A stretch of 64,000 nucleotides of DNA from Candidatus Eiseniibacteriota bacterium (GCA_963823555.1 CAWGMA010000002.1:96001-160000), one strand, 5' to 3'. Shown: positions 19,858 to 32,162, counted from the first letter of the stretch. Numbers and translations: made by a program. The notes: generated from the sequence alone by a model not told the origin.

Positions 19858-21249
19858 ATGGAAGCCAGGGGCCTCGAGCCTGGAGCGGAGCGGGCAACCG
19901 TCCTCGTGGCGACGGCCCGGGACAAGGCGGAGGAGCGGCGGCTGGTCGAGCTCCTCACCGATCAGGGCTACGAGATCGTGACCGCCGCCGACGGGGAAGC
20001 CGCCCTCAATGCGCTCGACTCGGCCCACGTCGATGCGGTCATTGCCGACGCCAGGATGCATCGCATCGACGGCCTCAATCTCCTCGATCGCGTCATGCAC
20101 CGCGATCCGGAGATCTGTTTCATCCTGATCTCCGAGAAGGCCGACGTGGATCTCGCCACCGAGACCATCCGCCGCGGCGCTCACGACTTCCAGGTCACCC
20201 CGCTCGATCATGACCGGCTGCTCGCGGTACTGAAACGAGGCATTTCCCACCAGCGCCTGCGCCAGCGCATCACCAAGCTCGAGACTCGGCTCGAGCGCAA
20301 GTTCGGCTTCCAGAACCTGACCGGCAACTCGGGGGCCATGGCCGCGGTCTTCGACAAGATCCAGCAGATCGCTCCGACGCGTGCCACCGTGCTCATCACC
20401 GGCGAGACCGGCACGGGGAAGGAGCTGGTGGCCAGCGCCCTCCATTTCAACAGCCCGCGACGTAACGAACCCCTGGTCAAGCTCAACTGCGCGGCGCTCG
20501 CCGAGGGCGTGATCGAGTCCGAGCTCTTCGGACATGAGCAGGGCGCGTTCACGAGCGCGATCCGGACCCGGAAGGGACGTTTCGAGATCGCCGACGGCGG
20601 CACGTTCTTCCTGGACGAGATTACCGAGATCACGCCGCCCATTCAGGCCAAGCTCCTGCGCGTGCTGCAGGAGCGGGAGTTCGAGCGGGTCGGCGGCGCG
20701 CACACCTTCCGCGTCGATGTGCGGCTGATCGCCGCCACCAACCGCAACCTCGAGGCCGAGGTGAAGAGCGGTCGGTTTCGCGAGGATCTCTACTACCGGC
20801 TCAATGTCGTCACCATCAACCTGCCGCCTCTACGCAGCCGCCGCGATGACATCCCGCTCCTCGTCGAGGCGTTCATCCGCGAGTTCAACGAGGAACACGG
20901 AAAGCAGGTGCGCGGTGTGAGCAAGGGAGCGATGGATCTCCTCAGGCGCCATCCCTGGCCGGGGAATGTGCGCGAGCTCAAGAACGCCATCGAGGGCATG
21001 GTCCTGTTCGCCCAGCCGGGCCAGCTCCTCGGGGTGGACGATCTGCCCGAGTTCCTCCGCGAGGCGGAACCGACGGATCCCGGGGAGACGGTGCCGGTGC
21101 GGGTCGGGATGACGATCGGGGAAGCGGAGCGGCGGCTCATTGCCGCCACCTACCGCGCCGCGGGGGGCAACAAGCGCCGGGCCGCGGCCACTCTCGGCAT
21201 CGGGCTGCGCACGCTCTATCGCAAGCTCAAGGAGTACGATCTCGAATGA
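19858..21249 (+). CDS. sigma54-dependent NtrC/Fis family activator (receiver-AAA+-HTH)
   Basis: [48 protein letters not shown]. Confidence 0.95.
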   Translation: MEARGLEPGAERATVLVATARDKAEERRLVELLTDQGYEIVTAADGEAALNALDSAHVDAVIADARMHRIDGLNLLDRVMHRDPEICFILISEKADVDLATETIRRGAHDFQVTPLDHDRLLAVLKRGISHQRLRQRITKLETRLERKFGFQNLTGNSGAMAAVFDKIQQIAPTRATVLITGETGTGKELVASALHFNSPRRNEPLVKLNCAALAEGVIESELFGHEQGAFTSAIRTRKGRFEIADGGTFFLDEITEITPPIQAKLLRVLQEREFERVGGAHTFRVDVRLIAATNRNLEAEVKSGRFREDLYYRLNVVTINLPPLRSRRDDIPLLVEAFIREFNEEHGKQVRGVSKGAMDLLRRHPWPGNVRELKNAIEGMVLFAQPGQLLGVDDLPEFLREAEPTDPGETVPVRVGMTIGEAERRLIAATYRAAGGNKRRAAATLGIGLRTLYRKLKEYDLE

Positions 21250-21287
21250 GGATGGGCGCGGAGGAACGCCGCGCCGGAGGGAGACAC

Positions 21288-21746
21288 ATGGCCAAGGCGC
21301 GCATCATCGTCGGCGCGGATCACCGCGGGGTGGAGCTCAAGGCCAGGATCGTGCCCTGGCTCCGCGAGCAGGGCTACCAAGTCGAGGACATCGGGACCGA
21401 TTCGACCGAATCGGTGGACTATCCACCCCTCGCCTTCCAGGTCGGCGAAGCCGTGGGGAGCGGGCGGGCGGATCGTGGCATCTTGATCTGTCATTCCGGG
21501 AACGGCATCGCCATCGCCGCCAACAAGGTGAAGGGAGTGCGAGCTGCGATCTGCATGAACCCCGAGCACGCCGAGATGTCCCGGCGCCACAACGACGCCA
21601 ACGTGCTCGTTCTCGGTCAGGACTACATCCAGCCCGCAAGCGAGCGGGCGATCCTCACCGCCTGGCTCGAAGGCCCCTTCGACGGCGGTCGCCACGCCCG
21701 TCGGGTCGGCCAGATCGCCGAGTACGAGGCCCAGCACGTGCGCTGA
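21288..21746 (+). CDS. rpiB: ribose-5-phosphate isomerase B
   Basis: GADHRG, DYP, ICHSGNG, ANKVKGVRA, HNDANVL, GGRHARRV. Confidence 0.93.
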   Translation: MAKARIIVGADHRGVELKARIVPWLREQGYQVEDIGTDSTESVDYPPLAFQVGEAVGSGRADRGILICHSGNGIAIAANKVKGVRAAICMNPEHAEMSRRHNDANVLVLGQDYIQPASERAILTAWLEGPFDGGRHARRVGQIAEYEAQHVR

Positions 21747-21769
21747 GGCGTGCCGGCAATGGCTGAGCG

Positions 21770-24394
21770 CTAGCGGTCGACGGCCACCTTGCGGATCCGG
21801 GCGATGCCATCCGCCTCGAGGCGCACCAGGTAGAGCCCGCGAGCGACCGCGACGCCGCTGGCGTTCCGCCCGTCCCAGCGTGCCTCGTGGTTCCCGGCGG
21901 CGAGCCGTCCTTGCACGAGCTCGCGCACGAAGCGTCCCTGGACGTCGTAGACGCAGACCCGGACCTCGGCATCCCGGGGCAGGTCGAAGCCGAGGCTCGT
22001 GCCTTCGCGCGCGGGATTGGGTACCGCCGGGAAGAGCCGCGGTGCCGCCGCCGGCGCACCGGCCGCCACCTCGATGCCGGCCGCCGCACCGAGATCGTAG
22101 GTGAACATCGACCGGCCGTAGGTCGCGGCCGTCAACACGCGTGTCGGCTGATGGAGCTTGAGCGCCGACACCACGACGTTGGGCAGGTCGGTGCCGAGAG
22201 CGGACCATGAACCACCGGTGTCGTTCGTCGAGTACACGCCGACATCGGTGGCGACATAGAGCGCTGCCGGGTCTTCGGGGTCGACGACCAGGTCGTTGAC
22301 CGGCGCCTCGGGCAGGTTCGAGCTGATCGGGTTCCAGGTCGCCCCGAAGTCGGTGGTGCGGTAGACGTGCGGCAGGGGATCATCATCCCGGAAGCCGGAG
22401 AGGGTGGCGTAGGCGATCGCCGCCGAAGTGGGGTCCACCGCCACCCGTGTCACCCAGCGCTCGGGAAGCACCGCGTCGATACGTGTCCAGTTCCCGCCGG
22501 CATTCTGCGTCACCCAGACGTTGGCGTCGTCGGTGCCGGCATAGAGGACGAGCGGATCGCTCGGTGCCACGGCGATCGTGGTGATCGTGGCATAGACGAC
22601 GCCGCCCTGCCCGGGCACGCCATCGGTCAGATCCGGAGAGATCGCCGACCACGAGACCGCGCGGTTCACGCTCCGATACACGCGCTGGGAACCGTAGTAG
22701 AGGATCGATGGGTCGTTCGGGTCGAGCACCACTGGAGTCGACCAGTTCTTGCGGTCGCCGCTGGGAATGCCGCTCGTGGCGCTCGTGAACGAGAGCCCGC
22801 CATTGGTCGAGCGTCCCAGGCCCCCGTACTGGTATTCGGCGTAGATGTAGTTGTTGTTCCCCGGGTCGACGTTCACGTAGAAGCCGTCGCCACCATAGAT
22901 CTGGGACCAGTCGGAGGCGGACCCGGTGAGGGTCCGGTTGGTGCCGTTGTCCTGCGTGCCGCCGTACCGCCGGTGCGGGAGCTGGTAGTCGACATCCAGC
23001 GTGTAGAACTGGGTGATCGGCAGACCGTTCAGCTCGGTCCAGGTGCCGGCGCCGTTCAGCGTCACATAGAGCCCCCCGTCGTTCCCCTCGTAGAAGACTT
23101 GCCCGGCATCGGTGGGGGCGAACTCCATCGCGTGGTGGTCCACGTGCATGTTGGAGCCGTTGATAGACCATGACGCGCCGCCGTTCGTCGAGCGATAGAA
23201 GTCGAGCCCGAGGACGTACACGCGATCGGGATTCGTGGGCTCGACCCGGATGTTCCCGAACCACCAACCGTAAGTGGCATAGGCGCTCGTGAGCGCGGAA
23301 TCGTTGGTGCGGGTCCAGCTGTCGCCGCCGTCCGTGGTCTTGTAGACGCCGGCGAAGTTACCGATCTGGTCGGCGTAGATGGCGTAGAGGACGAGGGGGT
23401 TGGCCGCGCACAGCGCCAGCCCGATGCGACCGTTGACCGCGGCCGGGGAGGGCAGACCGCCGCCGAGAATGGCCCAGCTGTCACCGCCGTCCGTCGAGCG
23501 GTAGATGGCGCTCGTGGGGCCGCCATAGCGGCGCATGTTCGGCCGGCGGATCCGCTCCCAGGTGGCGGCGTAGACCCTGAGTGGGTTCGCGGGGTCGATG
23601 ACGAGATCGATGGCTCCGGTCGAGTCCGTGACGGCGAGGACGTGCTGCCAGGTGGCGCCGGCATCGGACGAGCGAAAGATGCCGCGCTCGGGATTGGTCG
23701 AGAAGAGGCTGCCCAGGGCGGCGACGAAGACGCGATCCGGATTCGCCGGGTCGACGACCACGCGGCCGATGTAGCGGGTCGCCGCGAGGCCCATGTGAGT
23801 CCACGTGGCCCCGCCGTTCGTCGTCTTGTAGATGCCGTTGCCGCCGTAGGTGACGCTGCCGCCACCGCCGTTCGGTTCGCCGGTGCCGACATAGAGAATG
23901 TCGCCGTCATCGGGGTCGACGGCGAGGTCGCCGATCGAGAGGGTCTCTTGCTGGTCGAAGAGCGGAGTCCAGGAGACGCCGCCGTCGGTGGTCTTCAGCA
24001 CGCCGCCCTCGGCGGCGCCGACGTAGACCGTGAGCGGATCGTGCGGGTCGATGGCGAGGTCGGCGATGCGGCCGCCGATGTTGATCGGTCCGACCGGGTC
24101 CCAGGCCACTGCGTTATCCGGGACTTCGGCCTTGAGGCTGGCGGCCTCGGCCCGCATGCGAGCGAGGTCGGCGGGATCGATCTCCGCGTGCGGGTAGGCA
24201 CGCTGCGCGAAGAACCAGTCGCTGGGTGCGGTCCCTTCCTCCTCCTCTTCCTCTCCGGCGCGTTCGCCGGCATCGTCGCGGTCGAGTCGCCGATCGACCG
24301 GCATGAACCGCTCGGCGATCAGGATCCCGGCCACGGGGAGGAAGATGATGAGAAGCAGGAGGATGATTCGGCGAACGGTCTGCGGAGAGAGCAT
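21770..24394 (-). CDS. secreted BNR/Asp-box (VPS10/sortilin-like) beta-propeller protein with C-terminal FlgD-like domain
   Basis: Many (S/T)xDGGxxW repeats, GPINIGGRI, HVDHH, ATYGRS; tail PNP..VYDVQGRFVR..WDGRN..GLYLVRL. Confidence 0.88.
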   Translation of the reverse strand: MLSPQTVRRIILLLLIIFLPVAGILIAERFMPVDRRLDRDDAGERAGEEEEEEGTAPSDWFFAQRAYPHAEIDPADLARMRAEAASLKAEVPDNAVAWDPVGPINIGGRIADLAIDPHDPLTVYVGAAEGGVLKTTDGGVSWTPLFDQQETLSIGDLAVDPDDGDILYVGTGEPNGGGGSVTYGGNGIYKTTNGGATWTHMGLAATRYIGRVVVDPANPDRVFVAALGSLFSTNPERGIFRSSDAGATWQHVLAVTDSTGAIDLVIDPANPLRVYAATWERIRRPNMRRYGGPTSAIYRSTDGGDSWAILGGGLPSPAAVNGRIGLALCAANPLVLYAIYADQIGNFAGVYKTTDGGDSWTRTNDSALTSAYATYGWWFGNIRVEPTNPDRVYVLGLDFYRSTNGGASWSINGSNMHVDHHAMEFAPTDAGQVFYEGNDGGLYVTLNGAGTWTELNGLPITQFYTLDVDYQLPHRRYGGTQDNGTNRTLTGSASDWSQIYGGDGFYVNVDPGNNNYIYAEYQYGGLGRSTNGGLSFTSATSGIPSGDRKNWSTPVVLDPNDPSILYYGSQRVYRSVNRAVSWSAISPDLTDGVPGQGGVVYATITTIAVAPSDPLVLYAGTDDANVWVTQNAGGNWTRIDAVLPERWVTRVAVDPTSAAIAYATLSGFRDDDPLPHVYRTTDFGATWNPISSNLPEAPVNDLVVDPEDPAALYVATDVGVYSTNDTGGSWSALGTDLPNVVVSALKLHQPTRVLTAATYGRSMFTYDLGAAAGIEVAAGAPAAAPRLFPAVPNPAREGTSLGFDLPRDAEVRVCVYDVQGRFVRELVQGRLAAGNHEARWDGRNASGVAVARGLYLVRLEADGIARIRKVAVDR

Positions 24395-24506
24395 TGGGTG
24401 AGTCCTTCGCGAGGGTGATGCGGGTCAGCTCCCGTCCATTGTAGCGCGGATCCCCGTGGGGTGTCCAAAGCGGAGGCGCGCGCGCGATCGGTGCGCGGCA
24501 TCCCGT

Positions 24507-25427
24507 TCAATCGGCAGCGCGATCAGGCGGAGGGCGAAATCGCTCCTCGAGCTCTTCCAGCGTTCGCGGCCAGTCCCCCCGGAGCAAGCGCGAGAACGCC
24601 CGATCCGCGAGCAACCGGCCTCCGGTCTGGCAGGTGGCGCAGTAGTGGGCCTCGCTCGCGGCATAGGCGATCCGTTGCACCGGGGAGCCGCACACCGGGC
24701 AGGGCTTCCGGTAACGGCCGTGCACCGCCATCTGCGGGTGAAAGGCGGTGACCTTGTCCGGGAACCCATCGCCCACTTCCGACCCCAGGCGTTCGATCCA
24801 CTCGCGGAGAGTCTCCTGGGCAGCTCGGTGCAGCGCCGAGATCTCCTCCTCGTTCAGACGCTGCGTGAGCTTCACCGGGGAGAGGCGGGCCCGATGCAGG
24901 ATCTCGTCGGAGTAGGCGTTGCCGATGCCGCTGAACAGCCGGGGATCGGTGAGCGCGCGCTTGAGGGTGTGGTTCTCGGCGTGCAGCGCGGCGCCGAAGG
25001 CGTCCCGCTCGATCGTGAGCACGTCGAGTCCTCCTGGATCATGGGCGGCGAGCGCCGCCTCCCCGCGGACCAGGTGAATCGAGGCCCGCTTCTTCGTGCT
25101 CGCCTCGGTGATGAGGAGGGTGCCTCGCGGAAAGTCGAAGGCGGCGAGTCCCAGCTTGCGGTTGATGGTCGCGTCGGGAGGTTTCCAGCGCAATCGCCCC
25201 GCGATCATCAGGTGAATGACGACAAAGAGACTCTCCTCGCAGCCGATGACGATCCGCTTGCCGAGTCGGCGCAGTTCGCGCACCCGCTTGCCCGCGACCG
25301 CCTCGATCGGCGGGTCCACCGATTGCAGCACGAAGGGACTCGCGATCCGCACGCGGCAAAGCGGTTCCCCGACGATGCGGGACGCGAGCCGGTCCAGGTA
25401 CACGAGGATGTCGGGGAGTTCGGGCAC
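24507..25427 (-). CDS. Fpg/Nei family DNA glycosylase
   Basis: PELPD N-terminus, HLMIAG, GIGNAYSDEIL (H2TH), CPVC..YCATCQ zinc finger. Confidence 0.93.
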   Translation of the reverse strand: MPELPDILVYLDRLASRIVGEPLCRVRIASPFVLQSVDPPIEAVAGKRVRELRRLGKRIVIGCEESLFVVIHLMIAGRLRWKPPDATINRKLGLAAFDFPRGTLLITEASTKKRASIHLVRGEAALAAHDPGGLDVLTIERDAFGAALHAENHTLKRALTDPRLFSGIGNAYSDEILHRARLSPVKLTQRLNEEEISALHRAAQETLREWIERLGSEVGDGFPDKVTAFHPQMAVHGRYRKPCPVCGSPVQRIAYAASEAHYCATCQTGGRLLADRAFSRLLRGDWPRTLEELEERFRPPPDRAAD

Positions 25428-25436
25428 GGTGCGGTC

Positions 25437-26336
25437 CTAGTGCCGGGCCAGAAGGATGGCTACGCCCGCGACGGCGAGCGCGGTGCCAGCCATGGCGCGG
25501 ATGGACGGATGTTCGCCGAAGACGCGTGCCGACAGCGGAATGACGAGAATGGGTGTCATGGCCATGAGCGTGAGCGCCACGCCCGTCTCCGTGAGCTTGA
25601 TGCTGACGAGCGAGAGCCAGACGCCGAGATAGGGACCCAGGATACTCGCCGGAAGCGCCAGGCGGAGGAAACGTCGTTCGCGCATTCGGGGTAGGAGGCG
25701 AGGGAGATGTCCGGAGATGAGGATGGTCAGAGCGAGCGCGGCGGTGGCGCTCGCCATGCGGACCAGGGTCGCCGGCAGCGGGTCGATGGCCTGCATGCCG
25801 CGCTTGGCGAGGATGGCCCCGCCCGCCTGGCACGCCGCTGCCCCGAAGGCGAGCACGAGCCCCAGTCCCCGCCGTCGAGGATGGAAGTTCACGCCTGCGG
25901 GATGGCGCTCCTTGATGACCCAGACCACCCCGCCCAGGGTGGCTGCCATTCCGGCGATGGCCGTGCCCCCGAGTCGTTCACCGAGAAGCACCAGAGCGCC
26001 GACTGCGGACAGGGGTGGAGCCAGGGCCATCATGAGCGAGGCGATGCGGGGACCCAGCCATACGTAGCTCTGGAAGAGGAGGGTGTCGCCGATGGCGAGG
26101 CCGATGAGGCCGGACAGAGCCAGGTCGAGAACCGGGATCCGGCCGGCGCCGGTCGGCCACATCGCTCCGCTGGTCAGCTTGAGCGTGACCGCCAGAAGGG
26201 CGGTGGCGATGAGGGACCGAAAGAGATTGACCGCGAGGGCCGGAATCTGGCGCCCGGCGAGGGTGAAGAGCACGGAGGTCACCGCCCAGATGGCGGCTGT
26301 GGTCAGAGCGGCAACCTCGCCGGCATGTGGAATCAT
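25437..26336 (-). CDS. EamA/DMT family transporter
   Basis: Ten-TM duplicated pattern, GE.AAL..A..WA, LGE repeats. Confidence 0.88.
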   Translation of the reverse strand: MIPHAGEVAALTTAAIWAVTSVLFTLAGRQIPALAVNLFRSLIATALLAVTLKLTSGAMWPTGAGRIPVLDLALSGLIGLAIGDTLLFQSYVWLGPRIASLMMALAPPLSAVGALVLLGERLGGTAIAGMAATLGGVVWVIKERHPAGVNFHPRRRGLGLVLAFGAAACQAGGAILAKRGMQAIDPLPATLVRMASATAALALTILISGHLPRLLPRMRERRFLRLALPASILGPYLGVWLSLVSIKLTETGVALTLMAMTPILVIPLSARVFGEHPSIRAMAGTALAVAGVAILLARH

Positions 26337-26590
26337 GGACGCTGGGTCGGGAGGGAGGTCCGTGGAAGTGCGAGAACTGCCATTATGGCACTAACGAGAC
26401 CTGGTCCACGTCTTGCTCGACGCCTTGTGAACGGCTTCACTTCCTACTCAATAAAAGACTTGCAAATACCAGTCGACTTTCTCCAGAATTGCCATTTGGG
26501 CGCCAATCGCCCAATCTGCGCCGCTCGCAGACGTGGCGGGTAGCGCTCATGTTCTGGTTTTGCAATATCTTAGGGCAGTGGCCGGGTCGC

Positions 26591-26606
26591 TGGTACGGAA
26601 GCTGCA
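26591..26606 (+). promoter_or_regulatory. candidate sigma54 (-24/-12) promoter upstream of groES
   Basis: TGGTACG-GAAG-CTGCA, with GG and GC exactly 12 nt apart. Confidence 0.5.
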
Positions 26607-26785
26607 TTCTCGCTAAGAGACAGTTCGAAGACAATCTGCAGGGCTAGCACCGCCATCGGCTGCCAGGAGCTCCCGGAGGGAGCGCTCGAGCGGCACGGGC
26701 CGGCCGCGCCCCCTGCAGCTTGAAGGACCCCAAGACACCCCCGCCTCGTGCGGGGACTGGCGAGAATGGCACAAGGAGAAGCGAG

Positions 26786-27085
26786 ATGGCCATCAATGTC
26801 CATCCCCTGTCGGATCGGATCCTCGTCAAGCGCCTCGAGGAAGAGGAAATGAAGCGCGGCGGGATCATCATTCCCGACACCGCCAAGGAGAAGCCGCAGC
26901 AGGGTGAGGTCATCGCCGTCGGTCCCGGCCGTTTCGACGAGGACGGCAAGCGGATCCCGATGGAGGTCAAGAAGGGCGACCGCATCCTCATGGGCAAGTA
27001 CTCGGGCACCGAGGTCAAGATCGAAGGCGGCGAGTACGTGATCCTGCGCGAGGACGATGTCCTCGGCATCATCCAGAGCAAGTAA
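26786..27085 (+). CDS. groES: co-chaperonin GroES
   Basis: PLSDRILV..GGIIIPDTAKEKPQQGEVIAVGPG; AAGGAG RBS. Confidence 0.97.
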   Translation: MAINVHPLSDRILVKRLEEEEMKRGGIIIPDTAKEKPQQGEVIAVGPGRFDEDGKRIPMEVKKGDRILMGKYSGTEVKIEGGEYVILREDDVLGIIQSK

Positions 27086-27213
27086 GCAGGTAGAGGCGGC
27101 GTGCGCGGGAAGATCCCGCGCCTGACCGCTGGAAGAGGATCCGACCCCTGCGGGCTCCGGAAGGGGTCCGATACCCCGAACCAAGACGAAGACGGGGAAA
27201 GGAGATTCAGGAC

Positions 27214-28858
<1,645 letters not shown>

Positions 28859-28903
28859 AAAGCGACCGCGACCGCGTGCGGATCGCGTCTCAGGCGGAAA
28901 AGA

Positions 28904-28940
28904 AAGGCCGGGTCCGGTGACGGACCCGGCCTTCTCTGTT
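28904..28940 (+). terminator. intrinsic terminator hairpin after groEL, possibly bidirectional
   Basis: AAGGCCGGGTCCG-GTGA-CGGACCCGGCCTT, a 13-bp perfect stem with an A-rich 5' flank and pyrimidine 3' flank, between convergent genes. Confidence 0.8.
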
Positions 28941-28967
28941 GGGGGTGGTACGCCGGGGGGCGCGATG

Positions 28968-30032
28968 CTAGCCGGCCGCCGGAACGTGACCCCAGCCGAC
29001 GAGGTCGGCGGCGGTCTCGAGGATGGTCGCGGCCAGGGGGCGGAACGTGAGCCCCAGCTCACGGCGGATCTTCGTCGCGTCGAAGCGAGGCGTCCGGCCC
29101 ACGTGGGTGCGCAGGTAGCTCCCGAGGCCGGATGGCTTGGTATATGAGAGGAGCCGCACCAGCCAGTCCCCGACCGGCGAATCGAGGCTGAGCCGCGGCA
29201 GCGGGTACGGCGAGTAGCCGTTCTGGCGCAGGAGTTCTCCCAGCTCGCGCATGGTCATGGTGGCGTTGGCGCAGAGGTAGCGGCCGGATGCGGCGGGCGT
29301 TGCCATGGCCAGGATGTGCGCCTGGGCCACGTCTCGTACATCGACGAAGCCCCATGCGAAGCGCATGATCGCCGGATAGATCCCCTTGAGCTGGTCGGCG
29401 ATGATCCGGTTCGACACATTGAGACCGGGGGTGAGCGCGGGGCCGATGACGGCGAATGGATTGATGACGACGAGATCGAATCCCGGACGATCCTCCGTGA
29501 CGATGCGCCAGGCCTCCCTCTCGGCCTGTGTCTTCGAGTAGTAGTAGGGATTCCGGGTCAAGGACGACTTCTCGTTCCAGTCGGCCTCGGTCAGCACATG
29601 GTCGTTCTCGGGCTCATCGGTCATGGCGGCCATGGATGACGTCAAGACCACGCGCTTCACGCTTCCGGCCCGGGTGCAGGCCAGAAGCACGTTCCGAGTC
29701 CCCTCGACCGCCGGAGCGACGAGATCCCGTGCCGGGTCGCGTACATCGAGCAGGTAGGGGCTGGCGGTGTGGATGACGAACTCGGCGCCGGCGACTGCGG
29801 CATCGAACGCCCCGGCGTCCAGGAGGTTGGCGGCGACGAGCTCGAGCCGTTCCCCGGCCCCGGGGAACGCGCGCAGCGGCGCGAGCGCAGAGGCGCGGTC
29901 GAGGCGGCGCACCGTTCCGCGGACCCGATAGCCCGCGGCGAGCAGGTCGCGCACGATGTGGGCGGCGATGAAGCCGGAGGCCCCGGTCACGCAGACCGGC
30001 TCGGCGGTGGCGAGTGACGCGACGCGATTCAT
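28968..30032 (-). CDS. NAD-dependent epimerase/dehydratase (aldehyde/dihydroflavonol reductase-like)
   Basis: VTGASGFIA, HTASP, YYYSKT, VDVRDVA. Confidence 0.9.
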   Translation of the reverse strand: MNRVASLATAEPVCVTGASGFIAAHIVRDLLAAGYRVRGTVRRLDRASALAPLRAFPGAGERLELVAANLLDAGAFDAAVAGAEFVIHTASPYLLDVRDPARDLVAPAVEGTRNVLLACTRAGSVKRVVLTSSMAAMTDEPENDHVLTEADWNEKSSLTRNPYYYSKTQAEREAWRIVTEDRPGFDLVVINPFAVIGPALTPGLNVSNRIIADQLKGIYPAIMRFAWGFVDVRDVAQAHILAMATPAASGRYLCANATMTMRELGELLRQNGYSPYPLPRLSLDSPVGDWLVRLLSYTKPSGLGSYLRTHVGRTPRFDATKIRRELGLTFRPLAATILETAADLVGWGHVPAAG

Positions 30033-30140
30033 GACGCGCCATTGGAGCATCCCGCCGGCGCGACGACAACCCCGTTCCCCGCTGGTACGGGTAGGTTAGA
30101 ATCTCCACGTCCCCGCGCCAGCAAAGGAGGCGAGACCGCG

Positions 30141-31127
30141 ATGAGCCAGTGGTACTTCAGCTACGACGGCCAGCCCATCGGGCCACTCGATCAAGCGCGG
30201 GCGGCGGCCCAGGCGGCGGCCAGGCCCGATGGCCTCGTCTGGCGGGACGGCTTCGCCGAGTGGATGCCGATCGCCCAGGTCGCCGACCTCCGTGCGGCCT
30301 CGGTCCCGGGTGTGTTGCCGCCGTCGCTCTCCCTTCGAGTCGCCGACGACATCGACTTCACCATTCATGGGGCGGAGATGCAGTTCGTCGAGATCGAGCT
30401 CGATCCCGGCGAGAGCGCGATCGCCGAGGCCGGCGCCATGATGTACAAGGACATGAGCATCCAGCTCCAGACCATCTTCGGCGACGGCTCCCAGAATGGT
30501 GCCAGCTTTCTCGACCAGCTGGTGGGAGCGGGCAAGCGGGTCCTGACCGGCGAGAGCCTCTTCATCACCGTCTTCACCCATACCGGGGCCGGCAAGGCGC
30601 GGGTCGCCTTCGCCGCACCCTATCCCGGCACCATCATCCCGGTCACGCTCAAGAACCTGGGCGGCCGGCTCATCTGCCAGAAGGACAGCTTCCTCTGCGC
30701 CGCCAAGGGAGTGGCGATCGGCATCCACCTCCAGCGCCGGATCTTGACCGGACTGTTCGGCGGCGAGGGCTTCATCATGCAGAAGCTGGAGGGAGACGGG
30801 CTCGCCTTCTTGCATGCCGGGGGCATGGTGATCGAGCGCGAGCTCGGCCCCGGGGAGATGCTCCAGGTGGACACGGGCTGCCTGGTCGCCATCCAGGACA
30901 CGGTCGATCTCGACATCCAGCTGGTGGGAGGGATCAAGTCGATGATCTTCGGCGGCGAGGGTCTCTTCCTCGTCACCTTGCGCGGGCCCGGCAAGGTGTG
31001 GTTGCAGTCATTGCCCTTCTCCCGCCTCGCCGGTCGTATGCTGGCGGCCGCACCCGGGCGCGGGACACCGCGGGATGAGGGGTCGATCCTCGGTACTCTG
31101 GGCGACATCCTGCGCGGCGATCGCTGA
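30141..31127 (+). CDS. GYF_2 domain + AIM24/TIGR00266 family protein
   Basis: WY..GP..LVWRDGFAEW, then GAEMQFVEIELDPGE..GGEG..LQSLPFSRLA; AAAGGAGG RBS. Confidence 0.9.
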   Translation: MSQWYFSYDGQPIGPLDQARAAAQAAARPDGLVWRDGFAEWMPIAQVADLRAASVPGVLPPSLSLRVADDIDFTIHGAEMQFVEIELDPGESAIAEAGAMMYKDMSIQLQTIFGDGSQNGASFLDQLVGAGKRVLTGESLFITVFTHTGAGKARVAFAAPYPGTIIPVTLKNLGGRLICQKDSFLCAAKGVAIGIHLQRRILTGLFGGEGFIMQKLEGDGLAFLHAGGMVIERELGPGEMLQVDTGCLVAIQDTVDLDIQLVGGIKSMIFGGEGLFLVTLRGPGKVWLQSLPFSRLAGRMLAAAPGRGTPRDEGSILGTLGDILRGDR

Positions 31128-31154
31128 CCGGGGCCGGATGATGTGGAGAAGACC

Positions 31155-32162
31155 ATGAAGCTCCTCGTTCTCGGCGGCACCATGTTTCTCGGGCGTCATT
31201 TCGTCACCGCCGCGCTCGCCCACGGCCATGAGCTCACGCTCTTCCACCGCGGCAAGACCAATCCCGATCTGTTTCCCGAGGTGGAGAAGCTCCACGGCGA
31301 TCGCAAGCAGAGCCTCGAGCCGCTCGCCGGACGTCGCTTCGATGCCGTCATCGATACGTGCGGCTACTTCCCGCGGGCCGTGCAGATGGTGGCCGATACT
31401 CTCGGGGATCGTGTCGGGCATTACACGTTCATCTCCTCGATCTCCGTCTACGCCGACATGCGGACCGTGGGCCAGGACGAGACGGCACCGCTCGCCCAGC
31501 TCGCGGATGAAACGACCGAGGAGATCACCGGGGAGACCTATGGCGGGCTCAAGGCGCTGTGCGAGGCGGCCGCCGCCGCTCGTTTTCCCGATCGAGCGCT
31601 CATCCTCCGTCCCGGGCTCATCACCGGCCCCAACGACCCCAGCGATCGCTTCACCTACTGGCCGGTGCGCATCGCGCGCGGTGGCGATGTGCTGGCGCCG
31701 CCCGCGGAAACGCTGGTGCAGCACATCGACGCCCGGGATCTGGCGGAATGGATGCTGGCCCTGATCGAGGCGCAGCAGACCGGTGTCTACAATGCGACGG
31801 GTCCCGAGCCGCCCCTCACCATGCGCGATGTGCTCGAGAACTGCCGTCAAGCGACCGGCAGCGATGCCCGGTTCATGTGGGCCAGCGAGGCCTTTCTCCT
31901 CCAGCACGAGGTTGCTCCCTTCAGCGAGCTTCCGCTGTGGGTCCCGGAGGAGGAGAGCGGCATGCTCGCCGTGAGCGTCGAACGCGCTGTGGCCGCCGGG
32001 CTCCGCTTCCGCCCGCTGGCGGAGACCGTGCGCGACACGCTCGCCTGGCATGCGGGCCGCGCGGGCAGGGGCGCTGAAGCGCAGTCGTTTGCGTTACGGA
32101 GCGGGCTCAAGCCCGAACGGGAGGCGGAGCTGATCGCCGCCTGGCGATCCCGGAACGCGTGA
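31155..32162 (+). CDS. NAD-dependent epimerase/reductase (atypical SDR)
   Basis: LGGTMFLGR, ISSISVY, YGGLKALCE, RFTYWP, IDARDLA. Confidence 0.9.
   Translation: MKLLVLGGTMFLGRHFVTAALAHGHELTLFHRGKTNPDLFPEVEKLHGDRKQSLEPLAGRRFDAVIDTCGYFPRAVQMVADTLGDRVGHYTFISSISVYADMRTVGQDETAPLAQLADETTEEITGETYGGLKALCEAAAAARFPDRALILRPGLITGPNDPSDRFTYWPVRIARGGDVLAPPAETLVQHIDARDLAEWMLALIEAQQTGVYNATGPEPPLTMRDVLENCRQATGSDARFMWASEAFLLQHEVAPFSELPLWVPEEESGMLAVSVERAVAAGLRFRPLAETVRDTLAWHAGRAGRGAEAQSFALRSGLKPEREAELIAAWRSRNA

Noticed and set aside
26644..26670. CIRCE element before groES
   Set aside because: The arms are degenerate and the spacing does not fit TTAGCACTC-N9-GAGTGCTAA.
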